A stretch of DNA of 64,000 bases. It comes from Nitrososphaerota archaeon. GTDB lineage: Archaea; Thermoproteota; Nitrososphaeria_A; Caldarchaeales; Calditenuaceae. Under the pieces are notes generated by a model. The model was not told the DNA's origin. It made no database searches and saw only the letters and a list, made by a program, of their open reading frames with translations. The position numbers and the translations under genes were made by a program. Each line of letters starts with the position of its first letter. Position 1 is the first letter of the stretch. The stretch is taken from the NCBI GenBank assembly GCA_041641295.1, contig JBEPYO010000001.1:1280001-1344000 (forward strand). Reading direction: 5' to 3'. This document shows positions 1 through 9,028 of the stretch, in pieces.

Positions 1-1
1 A

Positions 2-352
2 GTGTTTAACAAGGCCGACCTCATACCACCCGAGAAGCGGGACAAACTAGTCGAGATGGTTGACGGCGCCTATCCCGCAGTGGTCATATCTGCTAAGACG
101 GGCGAAAATATAGACCTCCTTGAAAAAACCATAGACTCCATGCTCTCAGGCTTTGTCACGTTCATTGCAAGGATACCACTAATGGAGGCTAGTCCACAGC
201 TCATAACTTGGCTCCGAGAGAAGGGCCGAGTAGAGCTAATGGAATACCGCGATGGATTCCTAGAGATCAAAGCAACAACTCCCGCCCAGCTCGCCGAGAG
301 AGTGCGGGCCCTCACCTACAACGGCGGGAGCTTCGTTCTGGGCGAGACTTAA
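2..352 (+). CDS. hflX: GTPase HflX, C-terminal part (5'-truncated by window)
   Basis: G4 NKAD and G5 ISAKTG motifs followed by a short C-terminal domain typical of HflX. Confidence 0.75.
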   Translation: MFNKADLIPPEKRDKLVEMVDGAYPAVVISAKTGENIDLLEKTIDSMLSGFVTFIARIPLMEASPQLITWLREKGRVELMEYRDGFLEIKATTPAQLAERVRALTYNGGSFVLGET

Positions 353-379
353 TATACGTGGATATTGTATCTTGGTCTG

Positions 380-538
380 ATGCTAAGGCGGGACGATTTA
401 GGCGTCAGGGGACTTCAGGGCCCCAGCGTGATAATGCCATCAGACATAGAGAGGCTTGTCCGAGAGGTAATGCTCCTCAAGGAGGAGGTAAGGAAGATAA
501 GAAAGGCCTTGGAGGAGCACGGCATCAAAGTAGAGTAG
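380..538 (+). CDS. Small 52-aa protein with coiled-coil C-terminus (not in ORF track)
   Basis: MLRRDDLGVRGLQGPSVIMPSDIERLVREVMLLKEEVRKIRKALEEHGIKVE*; TTAATATA at 349-356, about 24 nt upstream of the ATG. Confidence 0.6.
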   Translation: MLRRDDLGVRGLQGPSVIMPSDIERLVREVMLLKEEVRKIRKALEEHGIKVE

Positions 539-1091
539 GTAGGTCGCTGTAAACGGCCATTATCAGGGGGACCAGCCTCCTCGTCAACTTGTCTAAAGCG
601 GCGACCTCAGCCCTGCACTTTACAGAAGTATACCTCAATTCCTGCTTGGCATTTAGAGCTCGGTGTCTGGTGCTTGGCTCGAGGGCTCTGGCCGGCTTTA
701 GGACAGGGTCTACTGGGACTCTAAAAAATCTGCACACATCGTAGAGGCTGCTGGCACTTAGGCCCAATCGGCTCGACACTAAGCTGTGGAGGTCTATGTG
801 TCTCGCAGTAAATAATGGTGAGGGATCCAATCCATAGAAAAGCATCTTAGCGGTTAGGAATGGGACGAGCCTAGACTCGCCTTCCCAGCTGATGTATATG
901 TGGCTGGCCCTCAACACACGCTCCAGAGAAGCTATTGCCGCCCTCTCACCACCTATATTCCTGAGAATTCTGATCTTCTCTTTCGCGTCACTGAGCTCCT
1001 TGTACCCTATGCACAGCAGCATTCCTTTGTCTGGGTGTGGATCGGTAGTCTCTATGGCCAGTATGTGGGTAGTAGGTCTCAGCTTCATCAT
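525..1091 (-). CDS. RNase H-like (YprB/DEDD exonuclease-like) domain protein, catalytic residues degenerate
   Basis: LAIETT (cf. xDIETT), CIGY and HIDL motifs. Confidence 0.6.
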   Translation of the reverse strand: MMKLRPTTHILAIETTDPHPDKGMLLCIGYKELSDAKEKIRILRNIGGERAAIASLERVLRASHIYISWEGESRLVPFLTAKMLFYGLDPSPLFTARHIDLHSLVSSRLGLSASSLYDVCRFFRVPVDPVLKPARALEPSTRHRALNAKQELRYTSVKCRAEVAALDKLTRRLVPLIMAVYSDLPTLL

Positions 1092-1106
1092 CCAAAACCT
1101 GTAGGC

Positions 1107-2036
1107 CTATCTCTGGATATAACCCGTCCCACCCACTCTAACAAATGTACCGGGTGGAGCCATGCCCCTGAACTCCTCCGGGTGCAGAATCTCTGCAAGT
1201 ATCGATACCCCCTTAATAGTGCTTGGCGAGTGTCTGCTGAAGTATATCGAGGAGTTGACCGCATAGATCTCACCACTCATGAATGCAGGAGTCTCCCTAA
1301 CCCAGTCCTCACCCATCAATAGCTCGGCGTCGCGGTAAGACTCTTGAAGATCGTACCCGCAGGGTCCACAGATTATGACCTCCGGCTCAAACCTCAAAAT
1401 CTCCTCAGGTCTAACCCGCCTACTGGGCTTCGCCTTAACACCAAAATCAATCCCTCCAGCAATCTCAACCATCTCCGGAACCCAATGCCCCGAACAGTAG
1501 GGTGGGTCTACCCACTCCATAAAGAAAGTCCTCCTCCTCTCAAGTCCTTGTGCCTTCTCAGCAATCCGCCCTATTTCCTCGCGGAGCTGTGAAACCAGCT
1601 CTCCCGCCTCTTCAGCCCTACCCACAGACTCACCAACCCTCAAAATGTCTCTGAACACATCCTCAATCGAGTGAGGATGAAGTGTTAAGATCTTGGGGCT
1701 TGGCCGTAGCGACCTAATCACACCCTCAATGCTTCCGGGAGTGACTGCGCACACCTCACAGAGCCCCTGAGCTACCACCAAGTCAGGCCTAAGCTCCGAT
1801 AATAGTCGACTGTCAACGACGTAAGGCGTCTCACCCTTAGCGTAGAGCTCGGAAATAATCCTGTCAACCTCCCTCGATGACTTGCCACGCGTATCAACCT
1901 TCGGAGAAACAACTACGGGCCTGGTCTGGGCCTCAGGCGGATAGTCGCAGGCATAGGTAACCCCAACAACATCATCGCCCGCACCCAAGGCAAACAATAT
2001 CTCGGTGGCACTGGGAACTAGCGAGACGATCCTCAC
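1107..2036 (-). CDS. Cobalamin/iron-siderophore binding protein family (BtuF-like), no signal peptide
   Basis: MRIVSLVPSATEIL start, LRPDLV, EWVDPP..GHWVPEMVEIAGG, YFSRHSP. Confidence 0.8.
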   Translation of the reverse strand: MRIVSLVPSATEILFALGAGDDVVGVTYACDYPPEAQTRPVVVSPKVDTRGKSSREVDRIISELYAKGETPYVVDSRLLSELRPDLVVAQGLCEVCAVTPGSIEGVIRSLRPSPKILTLHPHSIEDVFRDILRVGESVGRAEEAGELVSQLREEIGRIAEKAQGLERRRTFFMEWVDPPYCSGHWVPEMVEIAGGIDFGVKAKPSRRVRPEEILRFEPEVIICGPCGYDLQESYRDAELLMGEDWVRETPAFMSGEIYAVNSSIYFSRHSPSTIKGVSILAEILHPEEFRGMAPPGTFVRVGGTGYIQR

Positions 2037-2165
2037 GGGTTATTAGTCGCTGAAACCCATACTTATTCATTAATTATCCCTCAATAACGCGAGTATATTT
2101 CGACGCCGCACGTGTGTAGGTGGAGGAATCGCATTTAAATAAAACAATTTAGCTAAATGTGAATT

Positions 2166-2597
2166 GTGGTTCTAGACGACTCTGAGCTCGAGCGTATTAA
2201 GGCGCGTAAGATGAAGGAGCTGCTTTCTCGGGGTGAGGGCAGTCCACAGGAAGTCTCGAGTGTCGGGGAGTATCCTAACCAGCCCGTTGAACTGAGTGAC
2301 GCGGAGTTTGACCGGTTTGTGAGCAAGTATCCGCTCGTAGTGGTTGATTTTTGGGCCGAGTGGTGTGCGCCCTGCAGGTTCATGGCTCCGGTGGTTAAGG
2401 AGCTGGCGTCTGAGCTGGCGGGGAGGGTGGTTTTCGGAAAACTGAACGTGGACTATAATCCCGTTACTGCGACTAGGTTTGGGATCATGAGTATACCTAC
2501 CTTTATCGTTTTTAAGGACGGGAAGCCGGTTGACGCTATAGTCGGCGCCATGCCGAAGCAGAGGTTCAAGAACATGATCATGCAGTATGTGTCCTAG
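2166..2597 (+). CDS. trxA: Thioredoxin
   Basis: DFWAEWCAPC active site and SIPT cis-proline motif. Confidence 0.93.
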   Translation: MVLDDSELERIKARKMKELLSRGEGSPQEVSSVGEYPNQPVELSDAEFDRFVSKYPLVVVDFWAEWCAPCRFMAPVVKELASELAGRVVFGKLNVDYNPVTATRFGIMSIPTFIVFKDGKPVDAIVGAMPKQRFKNMIMQYVS

Positions 2598-2658
2598 CTC
2601 CGGGCTCCGGCACTAGCTTTATTACAGGACTGGGGATTGTACAGCTGGGCCGCGGGTA

Positions 2659-3585
2659 ATGGGTGTTCTGTCTTACAGCGTAGAGATCGTCGAGCATCTT
2701 GACGCGCGGAGGAGAGAGCTTGAGTCTTGGATTGAGAGGCGGCTAAGCCAGAGACCTGATAGGCAGATTTTTGAGAGGGCCGTTTACGGTGGGAAGAGGC
2801 TGCGGCCTGTCTTCCTCTTACTGGTTTTTGAAGCTCTGGCTGGGAAGGACCGGGAGTCCGCCCTCGATGTGGCGTTTGCCCTAGAGCTGGCGCATGCAGC
2901 AAGCCTAGTTCACGACGACATTATTGACTGGGACGATCTTAGGCGGGGGCGGCCCGCGCTATGGAGGCAGGTGGGGATCAGCAGGGCCGTAGTGGAGGGG
3001 CACAGAATTATCAACCTCGCATTCAGGACGGTTCTCGAGAAGGGGATAGAGATAGCTCGGATCTTTCTCGAGGCGTGGGATAGGGCCTCGCTCGGAGTGC
3101 TGGAGGAGATCCTCTCGACGACCCCGCCCTCTAAGCTGCTCTACCTCCGGATCATCGAGAACAAGACCGCTTCTCTCTTCGCGGCCGCCGCCGAGTCCGC
3201 AGCCATACTTGCGGGGGCTCCCGAACATGTCCGCATGCTCGCTAAGAACTATGGGAGGTGCGTCGGTATTGTCTACCAGCTAGGCGATGATTACGGTGAG
3301 ATGCTCGCGGGTAGAGGTGTTGTGAGGCTGGTGCGAAACCTAGGGAGGATTGAGGAGCTGATAAGGCAGGGATACTTTGCGTTAAAGAGTGGGCGTCTCC
3401 GCGAGCTGATAAATGTGTGGAGGGCTCTTCGTGGATTCCAGGGATATGTGCTGGAGATCTTGGAGGAGACGCTGAGGGAGATAGATAGTCTTGTGGCTGT
3501 GATGCCTGTGGAGGCTCATTACAAGAAGATTTTGAGAGAGTTTCCCAGATACTGTTTTCTCCAGATGGTCAGGGCGAACAGGTAG
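2659..3585 (+). CDS. Trans-polyprenyl diphosphate synthase
   Basis: GGKRLRP, LVHDDIID..LRRG, KTASLF, YQLGDD motifs. Confidence 0.88.
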   Translation: MGVLSYSVEIVEHLDARRRELESWIERRLSQRPDRQIFERAVYGGKRLRPVFLLLVFEALAGKDRESALDVAFALELAHAASLVHDDIIDWDDLRRGRPALWRQVGISRAVVEGHRIINLAFRTVLEKGIEIARIFLEAWDRASLGVLEEILSTTPPSKLLYLRIIENKTASLFAAAAESAAILAGAPEHVRMLAKNYGRCVGIVYQLGDDYGEMLAGRGVVRLVRNLGRIEELIRQGYFALKSGRLRELINVWRALRGFQGYVLEILEETLREIDSLVAVMPVEAHYKKILREFPRYCFLQMVRANR

Positions 3586-3670
3586 GGGGTTCTCAGGCGG
3601 GATCTCAGCCCGGCCGTGTAGCAGGGAGCGGCTTATATGCTGGATCGCAGTTGCTAGAAGTGGATGAGGG

Positions 3671-3802
3671 TTGGAGAATTATAGGGCCTGCTCGCGCTGT
3701 GGCGCTGCTGTGAAGAGGCTCAACATGTATCGCGGCCAGGCACTCTGCGACGAGTGCTACGAGAAGGTTGCAAGTGACTCCGACCTGCTCTGCAGCCACT
3801 AG
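3671..3802 (+). CDS. Small 43-aa zinc-finger protein (not in ORF track)
   Basis: TTG start, (M)ENYRACSRCGAAVKRLNMYRGQALCDECYEKVASDSDLLCSH*; two CxxC motifs; TTATAT at 3633-3638. Confidence 0.6.
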   Translation: MENYRACSRCGAAVKRLNMYRGQALCDECYEKVASDSDLLCSH

Positions 3803-3832
3803 TCCGCGAGGATTTAGGGGATGTTTGTTTAG

Positions 3833-4225
3833 CTACTGTTTGCGGACGAGTTTTTCAATCCTCATTAAGGGGTAGTTCAGCTCATCAATCCAGCTGAGCC
3901 TCCCCCAGACCCTGCTCTGACCATACCTGACCACAACGCTCACCTCGAGGTTCCTAATGTCTATGCGACCGTACCTGTAGGCTGTCTTCCCAATACGCAG
4001 GCCCTTAACCCTCAACTCTACCCTCTCCCTGAATGGCTGGGCGGCGAGGCCCTCGCTCAATTGGGCCAGCAGCCTCTTAATCGCTGCAGGTCTTCTGGGT
4101 AGTGGGAGGCCTAAGAGGTAGTGATAAGCTGTAGCCAGCGCGATTCCCGCCTCGAAAGCCGCCCTCTCAGAGTCGGTGAGGCCCTCGTAGAAATACTTCC
4201 TTCCCGGATCTCTCACTCTCCCCAA
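3833..4225 (-). CDS. Archaeal dihydroneopterin aldolase family (MptD-like)
   Basis: TDSERAAFEAGI..YH and C-terminal LNYPLM motifs. Confidence 0.75.
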   Translation of the reverse strand: MGRVRDPGRKYFYEGLTDSERAAFEAGIALATAYHYLLGLPLPRRPAAIKRLLAQLSEGLAAQPFRERVELRVKGLRIGKTAYRYGRIDIRNLEVSVVVRYGQSRVWGRLSWIDELNYPLMRIEKLVRKQ

Positions 4226-4305
4226 TCCTGTTCGCTGAGTTGTAGCGTTCAGGTGTTAAAAGCCCTTCCCTCCAAAACTTCTACCGGGTGAGGATACTAT
4301 GAATA

Positions 4306-5301
4306 GTGGGGGTTGACTATCATGGATTCGTGGCTAGGGGCGCGGTCGCTAGGGCCTATACCATGCAGGCCCTCGTGAAGTATCACGGCCTGAGGGACTG
4401 GAGCCTGAGGATTCCGTATCATGACAGCATATCGGTGAACACAGATGTCGCATACACAACTGCGCGTGTTACTTTCGGCTCGTTTGAGAGTGATAAGGTT
4501 TTGGCTGGTGGTGTAGAGCTTGTGGGGCGGCCTCGGGAGCGTGTTATAGCTGTGATAGATAGGGTGAGGGCGCTGGCGGGTATCGATGATAAGTGCGTAG
4601 TGGAGACTGAGAATCACCCGAGGATAAGGGCCAAGGGCATGGGCTTCTCCTCATCCGCAGGCGCCGCAATAGCCGCGGCCGCCTACAAGGCCGCCTCACT
4701 CGACAAAAAGTATGGATGGGATTTAAGACTCATATCGCGGATCGCTAGGCTGCTGGCAGGCTCTGCATGCCGCTCGGTTGTGGGTGCGTACGCTAAGTGG
4801 CTGGCAGGAACAGGCGACGAGGATAGCTATGCCATAAGAATAGGCGACGCCTCCGACCTAGATATCAGATATGTTATTGTCCCTCTCTGGCTTGATGTCT
4901 CAACCGAGACGGCTCATAGAGAGGCTGAGACCTCACCATTCCTCTGGGCTAGGGTTGAGTCGGCCAATAGGAGGTGCATAGAGCTTGAGAAGGCTATTAA
5001 GGACGGCGACTTCAAGCGATTCGGCGAGCTTGTAGAGAAGGACTCCCTCGAGCTCCACGCTGTAACAATGACCGGCGCCCAAGGGACGATACTCATGACA
5101 CCAGAAGCCCTAATGGTGATAGAGATTGTCAAGAGGCTGAGAGGGAAAGGAGTAGCGGCCTACTTCTCAATGCAGACAGGTCCAACCGTCTACGTAAACA
5201 CCCTCCCAGAGGATGCTGAGATAGTCGCGGAGGAGATTCGGGCCGGAGGGTTCGACGTACTGGTGTCGGGTATAGGAGGGGAGGTGGAGGTCCTTGGCTG
5301 A
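4306..5301 (+). CDS. mvaD: (Di)phosphomevalonate decarboxylase, GHMP family, resembling haloarchaeal-type phosphomevalonate decarboxylase
   Basis: LVKYHG..LRIPYHDSISV, GFSSSA, GSACRS, YFSMQTGP motifs. Confidence 0.82.
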   Translation: MGVDYHGFVARGAVARAYTMQALVKYHGLRDWSLRIPYHDSISVNTDVAYTTARVTFGSFESDKVLAGGVELVGRPRERVIAVIDRVRALAGIDDKCVVETENHPRIRAKGMGFSSSAGAAIAAAAYKAASLDKKYGWDLRLISRIARLLAGSACRSVVGAYAKWLAGTGDEDSYAIRIGDASDLDIRYVIVPLWLDVSTETAHREAETSPFLWARVESANRRCIELEKAIKDGDFKRFGELVEKDSLELHAVTMTGAQGTILMTPEALMVIEIVKRLRGKGVAAYFSMQTGPTVYVNTLPEDAEIVAEEIRAGGFDVLVSGIGGEVEVLG

Positions 5302-5343
5302 AAGAGAAGATTAAAAAAGTAAGCGATATGTAAGGTAAATGCG

Positions 5344-5508
5344 ATGGGTGAGGTAACGGTAAAGGAGGAGGATGTACCCTTCTTCGCAGAAGTGACCGCA
5401 GGCGGACGTATCACCATCCCGGAGGAGATTAGGAAGATCTTCGACATTAAGGATGGGGACTACCTGCTCTGCAGGATCAAGATCGTGAAGAGGCGTAGCC
5501 GGGACTAG
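5344..5508 (+). CDS. AbrB/MazE/SpoVT family DNA-binding protein, 54 aa (not in ORF track)
   Basis: MGEVTVKEEDVPFFAEVTAGGRITIPEEIRKIFDIKDGDYLLCRIKIVKRRSRD*, containing the G-x-I-T-I-P-x-E-I-R..I-K-x-G-D signature. Confidence 0.85.
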   Translation: MGEVTVKEEDVPFFAEVTAGGRITIPEEIRKIFDIKDGDYLLCRIKIVKRRSRD

Positions 5509-5792
5509 CGAGCTGGACATCTGCACGGTATTTGCCCACAGCGCGGACAGCCTGCACCATATCTTGAGATGAACTCCTTCTGAATGTCAATCCCCAAAAC
5601 ATTACATGTGCTGAGCATCCATGCCAAGAGGTCGGCGAACTCTGGCCCAATGTTTTTAGAGTCTTTAATGTAGGCGTCAGCCACCTCTCCAGCCTCCGAG
5701 AGCATCCAGAGTAGCGTCCTCTCAGCACCCCGCGCAGCGTCGCGCTCGCCGTATATCCTCGCCATCAACCTCTGGCATTCACTAAGCTCCAA
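5505..5792 (-). CDS. MazG-like nucleotide pyrophosphohydrolase
   Basis: IYGERD, WMLSEAGEVADA, EFADLLAW and C-terminal CPRC..PCRC; probable TTG start at 5792 after GGAGGGAGGG (track extends to 5966). Confidence 0.82.
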   Translation of the reverse strand: MELSECQRLMARIYGERDAARGAERTLLWMLSEAGEVADAYIKDSKNIGPEFADLLAWMLSTCNVLGIDIQKEFISRYGAGCPRCGQIPCRCPAR

Positions 5793-5895
5793 GACCCTCC
5801 CTCCAGCAGTCTCAACAACAGATACAGCATAAAAATCCTTCCATCTGCCGGTGATGATGTAAACCTTTTCAATCCCAGCCGCCCTATAGGTTTGT

Positions 5896-6846
5896 ATGTC
5901 GTCTGGCAAGGTTTTGAGGAGTCTGCTAAGGGGTGATGGCCTAGTCTTCACCGCGGGAGTATACACGCCTGTTCAGGCAAGGCTGGCTGAGCTCGCGGGG
6001 CTCAGCTGCATCTATGTAAGCGGCTACACATGCTCGATAGGATATCTTCTCAAACCGGATATAGGGTTCCTCAACCTCACAGACATGGTGAACTTCGCCG
6101 GAATGATTACTAGGGCCGTCAGGAAGCCAGTGGTCTCCGATGCTGACGACGCCTATGGAAACGCTGTAACTGCCACAAGGACGGTTGAGGAGTTCGCGAG
6201 GATTGGGGTTGCCGGGATACACGTGGAGGATCAGAGGTTTCCCAAGAGGTGTGGGCACCTAGCCGGCAAACTAGTCCTCCCGTTTGATGAGGCGTTGTTG
6301 AAGATGAAGTCGATTCTGAGGGCGCGGGACGAGGTCGATAGGGACTTAGTCATAATAGCTAGGACCGATGTCTTGGGGTCTGAGGGTGGGACGGTTGAGG
6401 AGGCTGTCCGGAGGGGAGTTGCGTATGCCGATGCTGGGGCCGACGTGGTCTGGGCAGAGTTCAGATCACCCGACGACGAGGCGGCAAAAATATTTGCGGA
6501 GAGGGTCTTGGCCGAGCATCCGGGCCTCCCACTCCTCTTCAACTACTCCTCATCCTTCAGGTGGTCTAAGAGCAGGCTGAGGTTGCGTTTCAAGGATGTA
6601 GCTGATATGGGATATAAGCTCCTCTTGGTGAGCATGGGTGGACTACAGGCCGAGCTCGTCTCCGTATGGAGGTATTTGAAGGCGCTGGCTGAGGAGATGG
6701 AGCAGGCCCACTGGCGGCTCGAGTCCGAGCTCGAAGGTACCCCCTTCGAGAATCTCCACGAATTCGCAGGCATCAGCAGATACGCCGAGCTTGAGAGGCT
6801 CTTCCTACCTAGCAGCGAGCTCCGGGAGAGATACGGCACAGGTTAA
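5896..6846 (+). CDS. Isocitrate lyase / methylisocitrate lyase family protein
   Basis: DADDAYG, HVEDQ, KRCGH catalytic loop, ARTD and FNYSSSF motifs. Confidence 0.85.
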   Translation: MSSGKVLRSLLRGDGLVFTAGVYTPVQARLAELAGLSCIYVSGYTCSIGYLLKPDIGFLNLTDMVNFAGMITRAVRKPVVSDADDAYGNAVTATRTVEEFARIGVAGIHVEDQRFPKRCGHLAGKLVLPFDEALLKMKSILRARDEVDRDLVIIARTDVLGSEGGTVEEAVRRGVAYADAGADVVWAEFRSPDDEAAKIFAERVLAEHPGLPLLFNYSSSFRWSKSRLRLRFKDVADMGYKLLLVSMGGLQAELVSVWRYLKALAEEMEQAHWRLESELEGTPFENLHEFAGISRYAELERLFLPSSELRERYGTG

Positions 6847-6883
6847 GAATTATAGACTACTCTACAAGTTTACTGGAGTGGAG

Positions 6884-7303
6884 ATGACGACCTATATCGG
6901 CGAGATAGTGGTTCGGACGCGGGGCGAAAACGATGTCGTGGACATAACAGAGAAGGTTGAAGGCTACATTGAGAGGTCAGGGGTGAAAAACGGTGTCGCC
7001 CACCTCTACGTAGTCGGCTCCACGGCAGCATTGACGACCATGGAGTATGAGCCGGGGCTGATAGAGGACATAAGGGCGGCGTTGGAGCGTATAGCGCCAA
7101 GAAACGCCTACTACAAGCACCATGAGAGGTGGGGCGACGATAACGGCCACTCACACATAAGGGCCTCGATAGTAGGCCCCTCCCTCTGCGTCCCCATCAG
7201 AAACGGCTCCCTAACCACGGGGACTTGGCAGCAGCTCGTACTAATCGAGCTCGATACTCGCGCAAGGGAGAGGCGGATACTTGTGACCATCATAGGTGAC
7301 TAA
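6884..7303 (+). CDS. YjbQ/UPF0047 family protein
   Basis: GSTAALTTMEYEPG, NGHSHIRAS, GTWQQL; likely ATG at 6884. Confidence 0.9.
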   Translation: MTTYIGEIVVRTRGENDVVDITEKVEGYIERSGVKNGVAHLYVVGSTAALTTMEYEPGLIEDIRAALERIAPRNAYYKHHERWGDDNGHSHIRASIVGPSLCVPIRNGSLTTGTWQQLVLIELDTRARERRILVTIIGD

Positions 7304-7367
7304 ATACTCGAAAAACGGGGGCTCAAAGAAGTTCAGAGAGGCGGTCTGAGAAAAATTACTTGGGCTG

Positions 7368-7793
7368 TTATGGCGGGGTTATCTTGATCGCTTGGACGGG
7401 GCATGCGGATTCGCAGGCCATGCAGAAGATGCAGTCAGACTCTCTAACCGGGTCGGACTTGTCTGTCCTATACTTCTCCCAGAGCTCCTTATCCTTCTCA
7501 GGGTCTATAACCCTGTCCTTCCCAGTGCCTGAGAAGCCCGGGTTCAGGAACCATTCAAACACGTTGACTGGGCAGACATCCATACATGCCCCATCTGCGA
7601 CACAGCAATCGAAATCCACCGCCACGGCTGTGCCGTGGATTCCCAGCCTCGTCGGGTATGGCTTACCCTCACCGTCCAGTCGCTCCATCCCCTCAGCCCA
7701 AACGGCGTGGCCGTGGTGTTCACCAGTTTTCGGGAACTTCTTTGAGAAGTCAGGATCTATGGGTGCTGACTTGAAATCAACTTGTCGGACCAT
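7368..7793 (-). CDS. zfx: Zinc-containing dicluster ferredoxin
   Basis: IDPDF, HHGH, LGIHGT, CVADGACMDVCP and CIFCMACESACP, as in Sulfolobus/Thermoplasma zinc-ferredoxins. Confidence 0.88.
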   Translation of the reverse strand: MVRQVDFKSAPIDPDFSKKFPKTGEHHGHAVWAEGMERLDGEGKPYPTRLGIHGTAVAVDFDCCVADGACMDVCPVNVFEWFLNPGFSGTGKDRVIDPEKDKELWEKYRTDKSDPVRESDCIFCMACESACPVQAIKITPP

Positions 7794-7901
7794 CGGTATC
7801 GAGTCTATTTATTCCGCATCTACTATATCTACTTAACCCAGTTATACGGTTTTGACAGTCAAGAGCTTAGTGGAGCCCACAACCAGCTACGCGAATATTC
7901 C

Positions 7902-8264
7902 CTACTCTATCCGCTCGCCATGATCTGCTGCTAGGATTCTGGTGAAGCATGTCCTAGTGCCTAGATGGCAGGCGGGGCCCTCTGGGATGACACGGTAAAT
8001 TACCGCATCGCCGTCGCAGTCCACCCATATCTCGACAACCCGCATATAGTTTCCTGAGGTCTCACCCTTGAGCCAGAGCCTGCCCCTAGACCTGCTGTAG
8101 AAGTATGCAAGCCCTTCGCGGACTGTCCTCTCAATCGCCTCCCTGTTGGCGTGAGCGAACATCAAGACCTCGCCCGACTCGTGGTCCTGAACTATGACAC
8201 TTACCAAGCCCCCAAGCTTTGAGAAGTCAAGGTCTGAGACTGTCACCCTCTCTGGGCCGCTCAT
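7902..8264 (-). CDS. hisI: Phosphoribosyl-AMP cyclohydrolase
   Basis: SRSR..LWLKGETSG, DCDGD, ACHLGTRTCF. Confidence 0.95.
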   Translation of the reverse strand: MSGPERVTVSDLDFSKLGGLVSVIVQDHESGEVLMFAHANREAIERTVREGLAYFYSRSRGRLWLKGETSGNYMRVVEIWVDCDGDAVIYRVIPEGPACHLGTRTCFTRILAADHGERIE

Positions 8265-9028
8265 AGTCTGACCTCGACGCCGTGTGTCTTTAAATATTCC
8301 TTCACCTGCCTGATCGAGTACACGCCATAGTGAAATACGGAGGCTGCGAGAACGGCGTCCGCGCCACCAAGTTTGACTGCCTCCAAGAAGTGTTTGAGAT
8401 CACCCGCTCCCCCGCTAGCGATGACTGGTATGGAAACGGCATTAGTTATGCGGTGGAGCAGCTCTATGTCATATCCAGTCCTCCTTCCGTCTTGGTCGAT
8501 AGATGTGAGCAGTATCTCTCCTGCGCCAAGCTCTTCTCCGCGCACGGCCCACTTCACAGCGTCCAGTCCTGTCGGCTTGGTCGCGCTGTGGCTGTATACT
8601 TGGAACCACACCTTGCCCGAATCATATTCCCGCTTAGCATCAATGGCTAGTACAGCGCATTGGGCGCCGAATCGCCTCGATATCTCCGTGATGATGCTGG
8701 GGTTTTGGATGGCTGCTGTGTTTACAGCCACCTTGTCTGCACCGTTTGCGAGTATCCTGTAGGCGTCCTCTGCACTTCTAATCCCGCCACCAACGGTGAA
8801 AGGTATGTTTATCTCCGACGCCACCCTACGCACCACATCGACAAATGTTTCCCTACCCTCAACCGAGGCCGAGATATCCAGCAGAGCCAGCTCATCTGCA
8901 CCGTCCTCCACGTACCTAGCAGCTAAGGCCACGGGGTCCCCGGCAGTCTGGAGCTCCCTGAATGATACACCCTTCACAACGACTCCATGATGAACATCAA
9001 GACAGGGTATAACCCTCTTAGCTGGCAC
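8261..9028 (-). CDS. hisF: Imidazole glycerol phosphate synthase cyclase subunit
   Basis: KRVIPCLDV, VVKG, GAGEILLTSIDQDG, PVIASGGAG. Confidence 0.96.
   Translation of the reverse strand: MPAKRVIPCLDVHHGVVVKGVSFRELQTAGDPVALAARYVEDGADELALLDISASVEGRETFVDVVRRVASEINIPFTVGGGIRSAEDAYRILANGADKVAVNTAAIQNPSIITEISRRFGAQCAVLAIDAKREYDSGKVWFQVYSHSATKPTGLDAVKWAVRGEELGAGEILLTSIDQDGRRTGYDIELLHRITNAVSIPVIASGGAGDLKHFLEAVKLGGADAVLAASVFHYGVYSIRQVKEYLKTHGVEVRL

Noticed and set aside
208-552. 114-aa plus-strand ORF and similar overlapping or antisense ORFs throughout the track
   Set aside because: They overlap well-supported genes, have Arg/Ser/Pro-rich shadow composition and show no motifs.
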